Below, one piece after another: positions 51,062 through 60,781 of a stretch of DNA of 64,000 bases. The notes under the pieces were generated by a model, which was not told the origin of the DNA, made no database searches, and was given only the letters and a program-made list of their open reading frames with translations. Source of the stretch: Polaromonas sp. (lineage in GTDB: Bacteria > Pseudomonadota > Gammaproteobacteria > Burkholderiales > Burkholderiaceae_C); assembly GCA_021153985.1 (NCBI GenBank), contig JAJKJM010000047.1:52403-116402 (forward strand), in the 5' to 3' direction. The translations under genes and the position numbers were made by a program. Position 1 is the stretch's first letter; each line of letters starts with the position of its first letter.

Positions 51062-51631
51062 CTATGCCATGATGTCTATGTGCTGCGGCAGCAGCATGGC
51101 GATGCGTTCGCTGATGGAGTCGGCGCGCTCGTGGCCCGCGATTTTTTCGACTTCTTCGAGCATTTCACGCGAGGCGGTGAGCATGGTCTCGCGGTCTTTG
51201 GCGTTGCGCAACGCCTCGCGAAAGCGCTCGGCCATCTCCGGGTTGCGGCGGGCGAACATGCGCTCGCAGATGTCGAACAGGAACATCCGGGTTGTAGCAA
51301 GCGAGCGCTTGCCTTCGAACTGGTCGGCCGCCACGCGAATGGCCTGCGTGGTTTCAGGGCTGGGAAAGTTCTGCAACTGGGCCGGCGTAATCGCAGGAGC
51401 CGGCGCAGACGTTGCGGCGGGCGTAGACAGCTTGCCCGGATGCGCCTCCAGAAAGCCTTCGCGCAAAAGGCGCAGGGCAATGGCCTCCCCATCACCGTCA
51501 AACAGCGGACGGAAGTCCTGGGCGGATTTGCTGCCGTCGGCCATCAACAGCAAGGTGCGCTCACGCTGGCCCAGCGTTCTCACGCCGGGCTTGAGCTCGG
51601 CGCGGGCACGGTCAGTTTTGTGGAGCTGCAT
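51062..51631 (-). CDS. Conserved hypothetical protein
   Basis: KT..ARAEL..R.L..RERTLLLMADG N-terminal pattern, P/A-rich linker, helical C-domain; host-like codon usage. Confidence 0.7.
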   Translation of the reverse strand: MQLHKTDRARAELKPGVRTLGQRERTLLLMADGSKSAQDFRPLFDGDGEAIALRLLREGFLEAHPGKLSTPAATSAPAPAITPAQLQNFPSPETTQAIRVAADQFEGKRSLATTRMFLFDICERMFARRNPEMAERFREALRNAKDRETMLTASREMLEEVEKIAGHERADSISERIAMLLPQHIDIMA

Positions 51632-51717
51632 GGAGTTTTATCCTGAAATGCCCTGGAGCATGACGGCCGGACATGACAGCTTCGTGAATCTCCTTCCGAG
51701 CCTTCTTCTGTAGAGGA

Positions 51718-52995
51718 CTATTTAGCGTAGACCAGATCGCGCAATCCCAGTGACAGCTGCGGTACGTAAGTGATCACCATCAGGCAACCCAGGATGACCA
51801 GTACAAAAGGCAGCAGGTAGGGGATGATGCGGTCCAGCGATATTTTGGCCACGGTGCAGGCCGCGAACAGGTTCACGCCGAACGGCGGTGTGATCATGCC
51901 GAGCGCCAGGTTGACCACCATCACCAGCCCGAAATGCACCGGGTCTATGCCGAAGTGAACCGCTACCGGCGCCAGGATGGGTGCCAGCACGATGATGGCG
52001 GCACTGGTTTCAATGAACATGCCGATGACGAACAGCGCCGCGTTGACACCCAGCAGGAAGAACGCGGGCGACTGCAGCACGGCCTCCAGCCAGCGGCCGA
52101 TGGCATCCGGCACGCCGGCCCGCGTGATCAGGAAGGCAAACAACCCGGCGTTGGCGATGATGAACATGATCACGGCGCTGGAGATCACCGACTTGCGCAG
52201 GATGACGTAGAGGTCGGCCAGCTTGATTTCGCGGTAGATCACGATGCCGACGACCAGTGCGTAAAACACCGCCACTGCCGAGGCCTCGGTGGGCGTGAAG
52301 ATGCCGCCGTAAATGCCGCCCAGAATGATCACCGGCATCAGCAGCGCCCACCCCGCCTGCCAGCTTGCCTTGCCGAAACTCAGGCGGCCGTCGCCGTCCT
52401 TTTTGCCCCAACCCTTCCAGCGGCAGTACAGGTGCACGAACAGCATCAGCGCGCCGCCGATAAGCAAACCCGGGCCGAAGCCGGCAATAAAGAGTTCGCC
52501 GATCGAGACTTCGGCGCTGACGCCGTACAGAATCATGGGGATGGACGGCGGGATGATCACGCCCAGCTCCGCGCTGGTGGCCTGCAGGGCCGCGGCGTAG
52601 GCGGTAGGGTAGCCGTGTTTGATGAGCGCGGGAATCAGGATGGCGCCGATGGCAAACGTGGTCGCCACGGACGAACCGGAAACGGCCGCAAAAATCATGC
52701 ACGTCAGCACGCAGGTCATGGGCAGGCCGCCCTGCACGCCGCCCACAATGCTTTTGGCGAACTCGACCAGCCGGCGCGAGATGCCGCCCGTTTCCATGAG
52801 GTTGCCGGCCAGGATGAAGAAGGGGATCGCGGCCAGCGGAAACTTGTTGATCGAAGAGAACATCTCCTTGACGGAGATCAGCATGTTGGCGTTGGAGGCC
52901 TGGATGCCGAAGATGGAAGCCAGCCCGATGGACACGGCTACAGAGACGGTAAGCGCAAAGCACAGCACCATCGTGGAAATCATCACTGCAGTCAT
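51718..52995 (-). CDS. dctM: TRAP transporter large permease
   Basis: LAAIPFFILAGNLM, IIPPSIP, ITPPFG. Confidence 0.92.
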   Translation of the reverse strand: MTAVMISTMVLCFALTVSVAVSIGLASIFGIQASNANMLISVKEMFSSINKFPLAAIPFFILAGNLMETGGISRRLVEFAKSIVGGVQGGLPMTCVLTCMIFAAVSGSSVATTFAIGAILIPALIKHGYPTAYAAALQATSAELGVIIPPSIPMILYGVSAEVSIGELFIAGFGPGLLIGGALMLFVHLYCRWKGWGKKDGDGRLSFGKASWQAGWALLMPVIILGGIYGGIFTPTEASAVAVFYALVVGIVIYREIKLADLYVILRKSVISSAVIMFIIANAGLFAFLITRAGVPDAIGRWLEAVLQSPAFFLLGVNAALFVIGMFIETSAAIIVLAPILAPVAVHFGIDPVHFGLVMVVNLALGMITPPFGVNLFAACTVAKISLDRIIPYLLPFVLVILGCLMVITYVPQLSLGLRDLVYAK

Positions 52996-53486
52996 TGCGC
53001 CGTCTCCAGTTCGTTACGCTGCGGGTCCAGCAGGTTGCCGATGATGCCGATTACGCAGAAAACGCCGCCCACCGGCATGGCCGCATAACCCCAGAACATC
53101 GAGATGGATTCGAGTCCGGCCATGGACTGCACACGGCCGCGCAGTGAATAATCCCAGCCCCACCAGACGATGACCGCGATGAGCCCCAGTGCGGCGATGC
53201 AGACCAGCCAGTCCAGCACACGCCGGATGCGGGGAGGGCTCCAGCGGTAGAGCACATCCACGCTGACCATCGCGCCTTGCCGGAAAGCCATGGGGATTCC
53301 CATGAACACCATCCAGATCAGGCTGAGCCTGATCAGGATCTCGCTCCACTCGGCAGGCTGCTCAAGGACGAAGCGCGTGACGATCTGGAACATGCCCAGC
53401 GCTGATGCGATGACGAGCATCAGGCAGGCCACCAGCATGGCAAAGCCGGTAGACCATCGTTCAAATTGGAGGAAGGCTTGTTTCAT
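52992..53486 (-). CDS. dctQ: TRAP transporter small permease
   Basis: 4 TM helices, WSE..R...W, overlaps dctM start. Confidence 0.88.
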   Translation of the reverse strand: MKQAFLQFERWSTGFAMLVACLMLVIASALGMFQIVTRFVLEQPAEWSEILIRLSLIWMVFMGIPMAFRQGAMVSVDVLYRWSPPRIRRVLDWLVCIAALGLIAVIVWWGWDYSLRGRVQSMAGLESISMFWGYAAMPVGGVFCVIGIIGNLLDPQRNELETAQ

Positions 53487-53511
53487 GGCGAATCCTGGTG
53501 GCCCAGGGAAG

Positions 53512-53574
53512 AATGCAAAGAAAACGCCCGCAAGCCAAGTGTTTGCGGGCGCTGGCAGCTACAAAAAGTGTAGC
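53512..53574 (-). repeat. ~60-bp fixed-spacing motif, copy D
   Basis: rc: gctacactttttgtagc-N22-gctt..tttt; overlaps a CGCCCGCAA/TTGCGGGCG stem-loop. Confidence 0.6.
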
Positions 53575-53591
53575 GACTACCGATAGATTAC

Positions 53592-54563
53592 TTACTTGAA
53601 GTTCCGGATCGCGTCGATATTGGCCTTGCCGAACTGCTTTTCGAATTCGGCATTGACGGGGGCGAGCGTGGCAACGAATTTGGCTTTGTCGACGTTCTCG
53701 ATCACGGTCATGCCCTTGGCCCGCAACTCGGCTACGCCATTGGCATCATCCTGGTCGACGCGGGCGCGATTGGCCTTGGTGGCCTCCTTGGCTGCATCGA
53801 CGAAGGCTGTCTTGTCTGCCGCGCTGAGTTTGTCGAAAGACGCCTTGTTCATCAGGAAAATGCAGGGCGAATAAACGTGGCCGGTCAGCGACAGGTGCTT
53901 TTGCACCTGGTCGAATTTGGCCGACATGATCACCGAGAGGGGGTTCTCCTGTCCGTCAACTGTGCCCTGCTGCAGCGCGGTGAACACTTCCGGAAATGCC
54001 ATGGGCGTGGTGATGATGCCCAGGCCCTTGTAAGCTGCGATGTGCACCGGGTTTTCCATGGTGCGCATCTTCAGGCCCTTGAGGTCTTCCGGGGCCTTCA
54101 CATCCCGTTTGCTGTTCGTCATGTGGCGAAAGCCGTTTTCAGCCCAGGCCAGCGCCTTGAAGCCCTTGGCGTCGAACTTGGTCAGGAGATCCTGGCCGAT
54201 GGGGCCGTCCAGCACAGCGCGTGCATGCGCCTTGTCGCGAAACAGGAAGGGCACATCGAGGATTTTGGTCTCAGGCACAAAGTTGGGCACCGGGCCGGTG
54301 GACGAGAAGGCCAGCTCCTGTGTGCCCAGCTGCACGGCTTCGATGGATTCGCGTTCACCGCCCAGAGCGCCGTTGTAGAAGGTCTGGACCTTGTAGCGGC
54401 CGGCTGTGCGCTTTTCGACCTCCTTGGCAAAGGTGTCGATGGCAATGCCCTGGTGTGAATTCTGGGCCGTGGAAATGCTGATCCGCATGGTGGTTTGCGC
54501 ACTTGCTGAGGCCAGGAATCCAAGGCCCAGTGCAATGCCGGCCAACAGTTTTGAAATTTTCAT
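53592..54563 (-). CDS. dctP: TRAP transporter substrate-binding protein
   Basis: ENGFRH, DLKGLKMR, ALQQGTVDGQENP. Confidence 0.92.
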   Translation of the reverse strand: MKISKLLAGIALGLGFLASASAQTTMRISISTAQNSHQGIAIDTFAKEVEKRTAGRYKVQTFYNGALGGERESIEAVQLGTQELAFSSTGPVPNFVPETKILDVPFLFRDKAHARAVLDGPIGQDLLTKFDAKGFKALAWAENGFRHMTNSKRDVKAPEDLKGLKMRTMENPVHIAAYKGLGIITTPMAFPEVFTALQQGTVDGQENPLSVIMSAKFDQVQKHLSLTGHVYSPCIFLMNKASFDKLSAADKTAFVDAAKEATKANRARVDQDDANGVAELRAKGMTVIENVDKAKFVATLAPVNAEFEKQFGKANIDAIRNFK

Positions 54564-54628
54564 GTTGTCTCCAGGGTAATCGTTGTTCAAAAATCCGCGA
54601 CTACGGCGCGCGGCCGTATGCACACCTA

Positions 54629-55654
54629 TTATTGCGTCGCTGCGGAAGGTCGTGTGCGCGGGTTTTCGCCAAGATAGGCGGCAATGATGCTGTCAAAGTC
54701 TTCGTCGGGCGAAAGTCCCAAGGCGCGGGCCCTGGCTGCGTCGATGGTGGCTGGCCAGCTGGTCACGATGTTGGCGATGGCCGGGTCTGGCGTCCAGTCG
54801 ATCAGGGCCGCCACCTCCTTGCCCGCCACGCGCGCCAACGCGGCGGCCATCTCCCCCACGGTGGTTTTTAATGCGGGCAGATTGATAGCGGTGCGTGCGC
54901 CCCAGCCGGCGTCGCCGGCCTCGGCTGCACGTATCAGTCCTTCAATCGTTCGTGCGGGCGATGACAGGGCGACCTCTGTCTCGGGCGCCACCGGGCATGC
55001 GGCCCGCAGGCCCGCCAGCGGCTCACGGATCATGCCGCTCAAAAAGCTGGAAGCCGCGCCATTGGGCTTGCCGGGCCGCACGCTGACCGTCATCAGCCGC
55101 ACATTGCGCCCGCGGATGAAACCCTTGCGCGCATAGTCGGCCACCAGCTGCTCGCCGATGAACTTCTGGATGCCGTAGCTGTTTTGCGGTGTGGGAAGGG
55201 TTCTGTCATCAATCACCGGCGGCAGGGGCTGCGCAGCTGAATTGCCGAACACAGCCAATGAACTGGCAAACACCACCGTGGGTGATGTACCGAGTGCGCG
55301 GCAGGCCTGCAGCAATGCACGCGTAGCGTCGACGTTGCTGCGCATACCCAGGTCGAAGTCGGCTTCGCATTCGCCGCTGACGGCGGCGGCGAGATGAAAA
55401 ACCAGCGCGTCGTCGGCGCGCACCACCTGCGTGCCCTCACCGCTGCTTTCGAGAAGCTGGTTAAGGTCGCCGACTACTGCGCGAACCCGTGGGTCTGCCG
55501 TCAGTGCGGCAGGCGGTGCGACCCGGTCGACGAGGGTCACCGTCTTGATGGTTTGCGGTGGGGCGCCGGCAAGAGAGAGTTTCCCTTGTTCAAGCAGTTG
55601 GCGCGCCAGCCTGGCACCCAGAAAGCCCGCGCCGCCAGTGATGACGATGTTCAT
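54629..55654 (-). CDS. denD: D-erythronate dehydrogenase-like NAD-dependent epimerase/dehydrogenase
   Basis: TGGAGFLG, LAAAVSGECEADFDLG, SYGIQK, RPGKPNGAASSF. Confidence 0.75.
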   Translation of the reverse strand: MNIVITGGAGFLGARLARQLLEQGKLSLAGAPPQTIKTVTLVDRVAPPAALTADPRVRAVVGDLNQLLESSGEGTQVVRADDALVFHLAAAVSGECEADFDLGMRSNVDATRALLQACRALGTSPTVVFASSLAVFGNSAAQPLPPVIDDRTLPTPQNSYGIQKFIGEQLVADYARKGFIRGRNVRLMTVSVRPGKPNGAASSFLSGMIREPLAGLRAACPVAPETEVALSSPARTIEGLIRAAEAGDAGWGARTAINLPALKTTVGEMAAALARVAGKEVAALIDWTPDPAIANIVTSWPATIDAARARALGLSPDEDFDSIIAAYLGENPRTRPSAATQ

Positions 55655-55730
55655 GTGTCTTTGTCTCCGTACGCTTGGTTTTAATCACCGCGGCTTGCTG
55701 CCGGGCGCGCCGCACAGTTTAGGTTTTTTC

Positions 55731-55805
55731 TTTAATCTGCGTAAATCTGCGTAATCTGCGGATGAATTTTTTATCCACAGATTACGCAGATTTACGCAGA
55801 TTAAA
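55731..55805. repeat. 33-bp inverted repeat built from AATCTGCG units
   Basis: 55731-55763 vs rc of 55773-55805, 32/33 identical. Confidence 0.85.
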
Positions 55806-55839
55806 AACAAGGCATCTGTGGCTTTTTGGCGGTGATAGC

Positions 55840-57138
55840 CTAACGCGACCTGAGCTTGAGCAGGCGGTCGCGCGCGGCGGCCAGGTGCTCGCGCAAGGTG
55901 TACCAACGTTGGGAAAATTCATCGGGCAAGTCCAGCGCAACCACCTGCCGCTCGATATTGTCCAGCCGCTCCAGCAAACGCCTCAGCGCCATCGGGTTGT
56001 CAGTGGCGACGTCGTCCATCTCGGCTTCCAGGAACTTCAGGTCGCCGTAAAAATGGTGCAGGGCGGAGCTGATGCGCCAGTCAAACAGTTTGGGGATCCA
56101 GGCCAGCAGGAGAAGGGCGATGCCGAGAATCGGCACAACGGCATAGAGGATCAGCTCTGCATACTGCGCGGTCCGGTAGGGAAGCAGGGTCTCCATCCAC
56201 GGGCGTGCGCCCAGGCTGTAGGCCCGGGCCGTGGGCGACAACGGGAAGTCGCTGCCCCGAAAACTCGGAAATTGCCCGTGGCGCTGCAGAAAGTTGGGTA
56301 TCTCGTGAATCTCGACGGCGGCATCCAGCAATGCGCGTTGCAGGGCAGGGTGCACGTCCGGCCGCACCAGCAGATGCGTTTGCAGGCTCATCAGTGTGAG
56401 GTCCCTGGGTGGAATGTCGCCACGCAATTCAATCGCGCCTTGCGGCAGCAGCAGAGGCTGCAGGTGCGGGTCCTGCGCGGCCAGCGCACCGGCATGTTCC
56501 GCGCCCAGCAACTGGATGCCGCTGCTGCGGGTCAGCAATTGCACGGCTTGCGAATCCTCTCCAGCGGCCTGAAACACGAGGTCGACCTTGCCGTCCATCA
56601 GCGCATTGGCGGCGGCCACACCGGTCGCACTGTCGAACTGGACATCGGCGGGGCGCACACCCGCGTGCGCCAGCATCAGTCCAGCGGCGAGGAAGGAGGA
56701 CGACGAGGCTGGCCCCGCGGCGATGCGCAGGCCTTTGGCTTGCGCCAGCGACGACGGGCCGCTGACGGCGGAGAAGATCCACACAGGCTCCTGGCCCACA
56801 ACGGCCAGGGCCTGCACTTTGGCTTGCGCATTGGCATAAATGCCATGGGCAAAGCCGATGCTGGTGGCCTCTCCTGTTCGCGCAAGCCGCTCCAGTGATC
56901 CTTTCTGGGTGTCCGAATAGACGATCTCGGCGCGCACGCCTATGCGTTCGAGTTGTTCGGCGTAGCGCTGGGCCAGCATCGAATAGCCGCCTTGCGGCGA
57001 GCCCGCACCGATCACGGTTTCTGCAGGTGGCAACACCTTCCATTGCGTGGCCGCCCACCACAGGGCAAGGGCCGTGCACAGCAGCACCGGCAGATAGAAC
57101 AACCACCAGCGGCGGCGATAAAGGAGCAGCAGCCTCAT
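55840..57138 (-). CDS. Membrane-anchored TAXI-family binding protein with C-terminal TM and helical tail (paralogue 2)
   Basis: N-terminal TM, GSPQGGY, GSLERL, EPVWIF, FPS, then TM and YGDLKFLE..WYTLREH. Confidence 0.8.
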   Translation of the reverse strand: MRLLLLYRRRWWLFYLPVLLCTALALWWAATQWKVLPPAETVIGAGSPQGGYSMLAQRYAEQLERIGVRAEIVYSDTQKGSLERLARTGEATSIGFAHGIYANAQAKVQALAVVGQEPVWIFSAVSGPSSLAQAKGLRIAAGPASSSSFLAAGLMLAHAGVRPADVQFDSATGVAAANALMDGKVDLVFQAAGEDSQAVQLLTRSSGIQLLGAEHAGALAAQDPHLQPLLLPQGAIELRGDIPPRDLTLMSLQTHLLVRPDVHPALQRALLDAAVEIHEIPNFLQRHGQFPSFRGSDFPLSPTARAYSLGARPWMETLLPYRTAQYAELILYAVVPILGIALLLLAWIPKLFDWRISSALHHFYGDLKFLEAEMDDVATDNPMALRRLLERLDNIERQVVALDLPDEFSQRWYTLREHLAAARDRLLKLRSR

Positions 57139-57142
57139 CGCC

Positions 57143-58456
57143 TTATCGCCCTCTCATCCGGTAAAGCCGCTGGCGCACAAACTCGATGTGCTGGTGCAGC
57201 GTGTAGCAGCGCGCCATCAGGTCGCGCGGCGTGGCAAAGGCCATCATGGCCTTGTCGATACCGTTCAGGCGGAGCAGGAAACGCGTCAGGTCAAGGCCCG
57301 AGAGCGATTCCTGGCCCAGGTCGTTTTCAATGAACTTGAGCTCGCCATACCAGCGGTTGACCCGGCTTTCCAATACCCAGCGCAGGTAGGCCGGAATCAG
57401 GCGCATCAGCCACAGGGCCAGCAGGCTCATGGGCAACACGATGAGCAGAATCCGTTCGGCGACCTGGGCCCACCAGAACGGCAGCAGCCGCTCCAGCCAG
57501 GGCAAGCCGCGCGTCAGGGTTTCACGCGCCTGCGGTGCGGTAGGAAAGTCGATGCGCCGCAGCGAGGGAAAGTCGCCCGCGCGGTGAAACAAGCCTCCGC
57601 CGGCGTGAACGTCCATCGCTACCGCGATGGCCAGCCGCTTGAGGGCCGGGTGCAGGCCGTCACGGGCCACCAGGCTGGCAGTGGTGGTGAGCAACGTGAT
57701 GTCGCGCGGAGGTATCCGCGCATCCAGGGTGCCTTGCGCCAGCAGGCGGGACTCGAGGTAGGGGTTGCGTTCGGTGATGGCAGCGGATTTGCGGATGTTG
57801 GCCAGGTGGATGCCCGGCAGGATCAGCATGTTCTGCACGACAAAAGATTCGGGCGCCGCAACCAGGAACACCACGTCAACCGCGTTTTGCCGCAGCGCCT
57901 GGACGGCAGGGCTGCTGGTCAGCGGCGAGAGTGTGAGGTCCCTGGGTTCAATCCTTGCCTGTTCCAGCAGCTTGAGCGCCACCTTGCGGGTGCCGCTGCC
58001 TTCGGGGCCGATCGCCACGCGCAGCCCCTGCAATTGATTCAGCGAATCAATCTCGCGGCCGCGCGTGAAAACCCACACCGGCTCCACGTCCACATTGACC
58101 AGTGTTTCGACACGGCTGCGGTCGCGCCTTTCCAGTGAGCTGCCGAGGTAGCCAAAACCGCCCTGCATGAAAGCCAGGTCCGTGGGGTTCGCACCCCGGC
58201 GAAGGCGCTCAAGGTTTTCTTGCGAACCGGCGGAGGTCTGGATGTCTAGCGTGATGCCGTGCGCGGCGAACTTCTCGACGTAGTGCTGTGCGTGGAGGTA
58301 GTAAGCGCCATCCGGAGCTGCTGTCGTGATGCTCAGGCGTGCCGGCGGCATGGGATAGGCGAACAACCACAGGCCCGTGGCCATGGCGGCGGCTGCAAGG
58401 ACCATCGGAAGCCGGATCCAGAGCCATTTGCGTTGGTATAGCTTCGCCATGCGCAC
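57143..58456 (-). CDS. Membrane-anchored TAXI-family binding protein (paralogue 1)
   Basis: GAY, GSQENL, EPVWVF, GPEGSGT, FPS, TM, WYGELKFIE..YTLHQH. Confidence 0.82.
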   Translation of the reverse strand: MRMAKLYQRKWLWIRLPMVLAAAAMATGLWLFAYPMPPARLSITTAAPDGAYYLHAQHYVEKFAAHGITLDIQTSAGSQENLERLRRGANPTDLAFMQGGFGYLGSSLERRDRSRVETLVNVDVEPVWVFTRGREIDSLNQLQGLRVAIGPEGSGTRKVALKLLEQARIEPRDLTLSPLTSSPAVQALRQNAVDVVFLVAAPESFVVQNMLILPGIHLANIRKSAAITERNPYLESRLLAQGTLDARIPPRDITLLTTTASLVARDGLHPALKRLAIAVAMDVHAGGGLFHRAGDFPSLRRIDFPTAPQARETLTRGLPWLERLLPFWWAQVAERILLIVLPMSLLALWLMRLIPAYLRWVLESRVNRWYGELKFIENDLGQESLSGLDLTRFLLRLNGIDKAMMAFATPRDLMARCYTLHQHIEFVRQRLYRMRGR

Positions 58457-58564
58457 AGGGAATCGTCCTGTAAAAGGTTGTACCTTTATAGCGCAAAGGC
58501 GTTACTGCGGTTAGGGGGAGTAACGCGAGGCTGCAACGCCAGCCCGTTGGCCCTTAAGGGGCGG

Positions 58565-59575
58565 TCAGGCGGGCGCTGCTTTCACCTTGGGCCTGGACTT
58601 GGGCGCAGTCACGCCCAGCAGCCACAGATTGAGCCCCGCGTGCCGGCTGATCAGCAAAGCCGAGAGGATGGGGCCGACAAGACCCGCGGCCAGGCCGGCC
58701 ACCATCAACACGTAGATATCCGTGATGCCTATCTTCTTCAGCAGGATGCGGCTTGCCGCGGTGAAGAAAACGTGCAGCAGGTAAATCGCAAATGAGTAGG
58801 AGCCGACGTAGGCAAGGCGGCGCGAACTCCATCCACTGCGCAGCAGCAGGAAGGCGCTGCACACGCCCAGCCCGAGCGCGGCGAGAGAGTTGCCCTGTTC
58901 CGAGAACTGGGGAAACAGCATGGCCACTGTAGCGGCGCAGATAAAAGCGACCGCCGCCGCGCCGCGCGCCGCGGGGCTGCCGATCTCGAATCGCTTGCAG
59001 GCCAGGCCCGCCAGGAAGAAGGGCAGCAGATACACCGCCCCTTGGGCGGCAAAGTAATTTGGCGGGCTGAAGTAGTCGAAGAGCACGGCGCACAAGGCCC
59101 ACGTCAGTGCAAAGCCCGCCGGCGTGGAGAGTGCCTTCAGGTGCTCCAGCAGGATAACCACGAGAAAGACGATAAACAGTGCCTCAAGAAACCAGAAGTG
59201 GCCCACGGGCACGATGTGCAGCAACCACCACCGGTCAACAGCATTGTTCGCCCCTGGCGTGAAAGCCTGGACGATCGCAAAAATGGTTCCTACCGTGATC
59301 AGCGGCAGCAGCAGCCTGCGGACCTTGCCTTTGACAAAGGCCGGCGCATTGCCCTGATAAGGGCGAAAGCCATAAACGTAGCCCGAGATGAAGGAAAACA
59401 AGGGCATGCGTATATATGCGAGCGCTTCATTGAAGACCTGAACCCAGTGGCCCTCCGGAATTTTCAACCCGGTGGCGGGCGTATCTCCCACGACATGAAA
59501 CAGAACCAGCAAGACGCATGCAATGCCCCTCAGCGTATCCACTTCAAGACTGCGTTTCATTTTCTGGCCGGTCAT
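58565..59575 (-). CDS. Acyltransferase 3 (OafA/YrhL-like) membrane protein
   Basis: DTLRGIAC..V..H, RMPLFSFISGY, HFWFL, SFAIYLLH. Confidence 0.85.
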   Translation of the reverse strand: MTGQKMKRSLEVDTLRGIACVLLVLFHVVGDTPATGLKIPEGHWVQVFNEALAYIRMPLFSFISGYVYGFRPYQGNAPAFVKGKVRRLLLPLITVGTIFAIVQAFTPGANNAVDRWWLLHIVPVGHFWFLEALFIVFLVVILLEHLKALSTPAGFALTWALCAVLFDYFSPPNYFAAQGAVYLLPFFLAGLACKRFEIGSPAARGAAAVAFICAATVAMLFPQFSEQGNSLAALGLGVCSAFLLLRSGWSSRRLAYVGSYSFAIYLLHVFFTAASRILLKKIGITDIYVLMVAGLAAGLVGPILSALLISRHAGLNLWLLGVTAPKSRPKVKAAPA

Positions 59576-59989
59576 CGGATACGGATTCCTTTCGTCATGC
59601 TGCGTAGCTCTCGAGTGTTCTTGAGTATTTTTTTGTTCTTGAGTATTTTTAAGCGCTCTTGAGCGGGTGGATGTGAGCGGATTGGTTAGAGCGTAATCAA
59701 TCACCGCGGCAACTTCAGCGCCCAAAAAACGCAAACTGTTGCAAGCGGTATCGTTTTGCGCGGCATCCGGCATCAAGCGCACAGCTGTTACGTTGTTGCA
59801 ACGAATGCACCTCCTGCTTGTCAAATGAATCAAGCGGGAAAACCCTAAACTTAAGTCAATCTCCTACATCAACTGTCTCGCTTGGCGCATGGCGCCGTCC
59901 GGTGGCTTGTTCGATTCTCAATCAGCTGTTTCCGCTGCGCCATCACACCGGTGCATTCGCGGAACAAATACAGGAAGTGACATCCAGAC

Positions 59990-60781
59990 ATGAAGTTTCA
60001 CACTCCGCTTTCAGGCGAAGATTCAGCGTGCTATGCAGCGCTGGTAGAGCAAAGCACGTCCATTACAAGGCATGCAGAGCTGCTCGAATGGCTGCAGCAG
60101 GGCGACGTCCAGCGGTGCCTCCCCCATGACATCTTGCTGGCAGGCTGGGGCAATTTCCGGGAAGGTGCGATTCAACACGACGTCGTGTCAAGGTTGCCGG
60201 GTGCACGCTCCTACGCGGAGGGCACGGACAGCCTGCCCTTTCTTCTAGGAAAGTTTTACGACTGCTGGCTGGCGGCCGACAGGCAGCCTTGCCGCCTGGA
60301 CTTCAGCGAATTCGAGTACCTGCTGGGCCAGGCGAGTTTGCCCGGCTCCTTCAGCAGCAGCCTTCGCGGCATGCGTTCCGTACTGGTCCACGGCCTGAAT
60401 GACACAAGGGCGCAGCAGGAGTGCGTGTATGTCCTGATGTGCGCAAGCGAGATTCCCCTCGAGCCGGCGCGTACCGCCATTCGCATGCTGATGCATAGCA
60501 TGGACGCCGCGTTGCGGCAGGTGGCGCCCTTGCCGCAACAGCGCCGTCAGGCCGCCTTTGCCGTGCGCGGTTCGGCCGAAGACGCCTCTGGCCTGAGTGA
60601 GCGCGAAGCCCAGATCATGGCCTGGGTGGCCATGGGAAAAACCAATTCCGAGATCGGAGCAATCCTGAGCATCAGCGGCTTCACCGTGAAAAACCATATG
60701 CAGCGGATTTTTCAGAAGCTCAATGTCTTTAACCGCGCGCAGGCGGTGTCCAAAGTGACGAGGGTCAGCATCTATGGCTGA
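59990..60781 (+). CDS. epsA: LuxR-type regulator, XrtB/PEP-CTERM-associated EpsA-like
   Basis: PHDILLAGWGNF N-domain; LSEREAQI..GKTN.EIG..TVKNH..KL HTH. Confidence 0.8.
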   Translation: MKFHTPLSGEDSACYAALVEQSTSITRHAELLEWLQQGDVQRCLPHDILLAGWGNFREGAIQHDVVSRLPGARSYAEGTDSLPFLLGKFYDCWLAADRQPCRLDFSEFEYLLGQASLPGSFSSSLRGMRSVLVHGLNDTRAQQECVYVLMCASEIPLEPARTAIRMLMHSMDAALRQVAPLPQQRRQAAFAVRGSAEDASGLSEREAQIMAWVAMGKTNSEIGAILSISGFTVKNHMQRIFQKLNVFNRAQAVSKVTRVSIYG

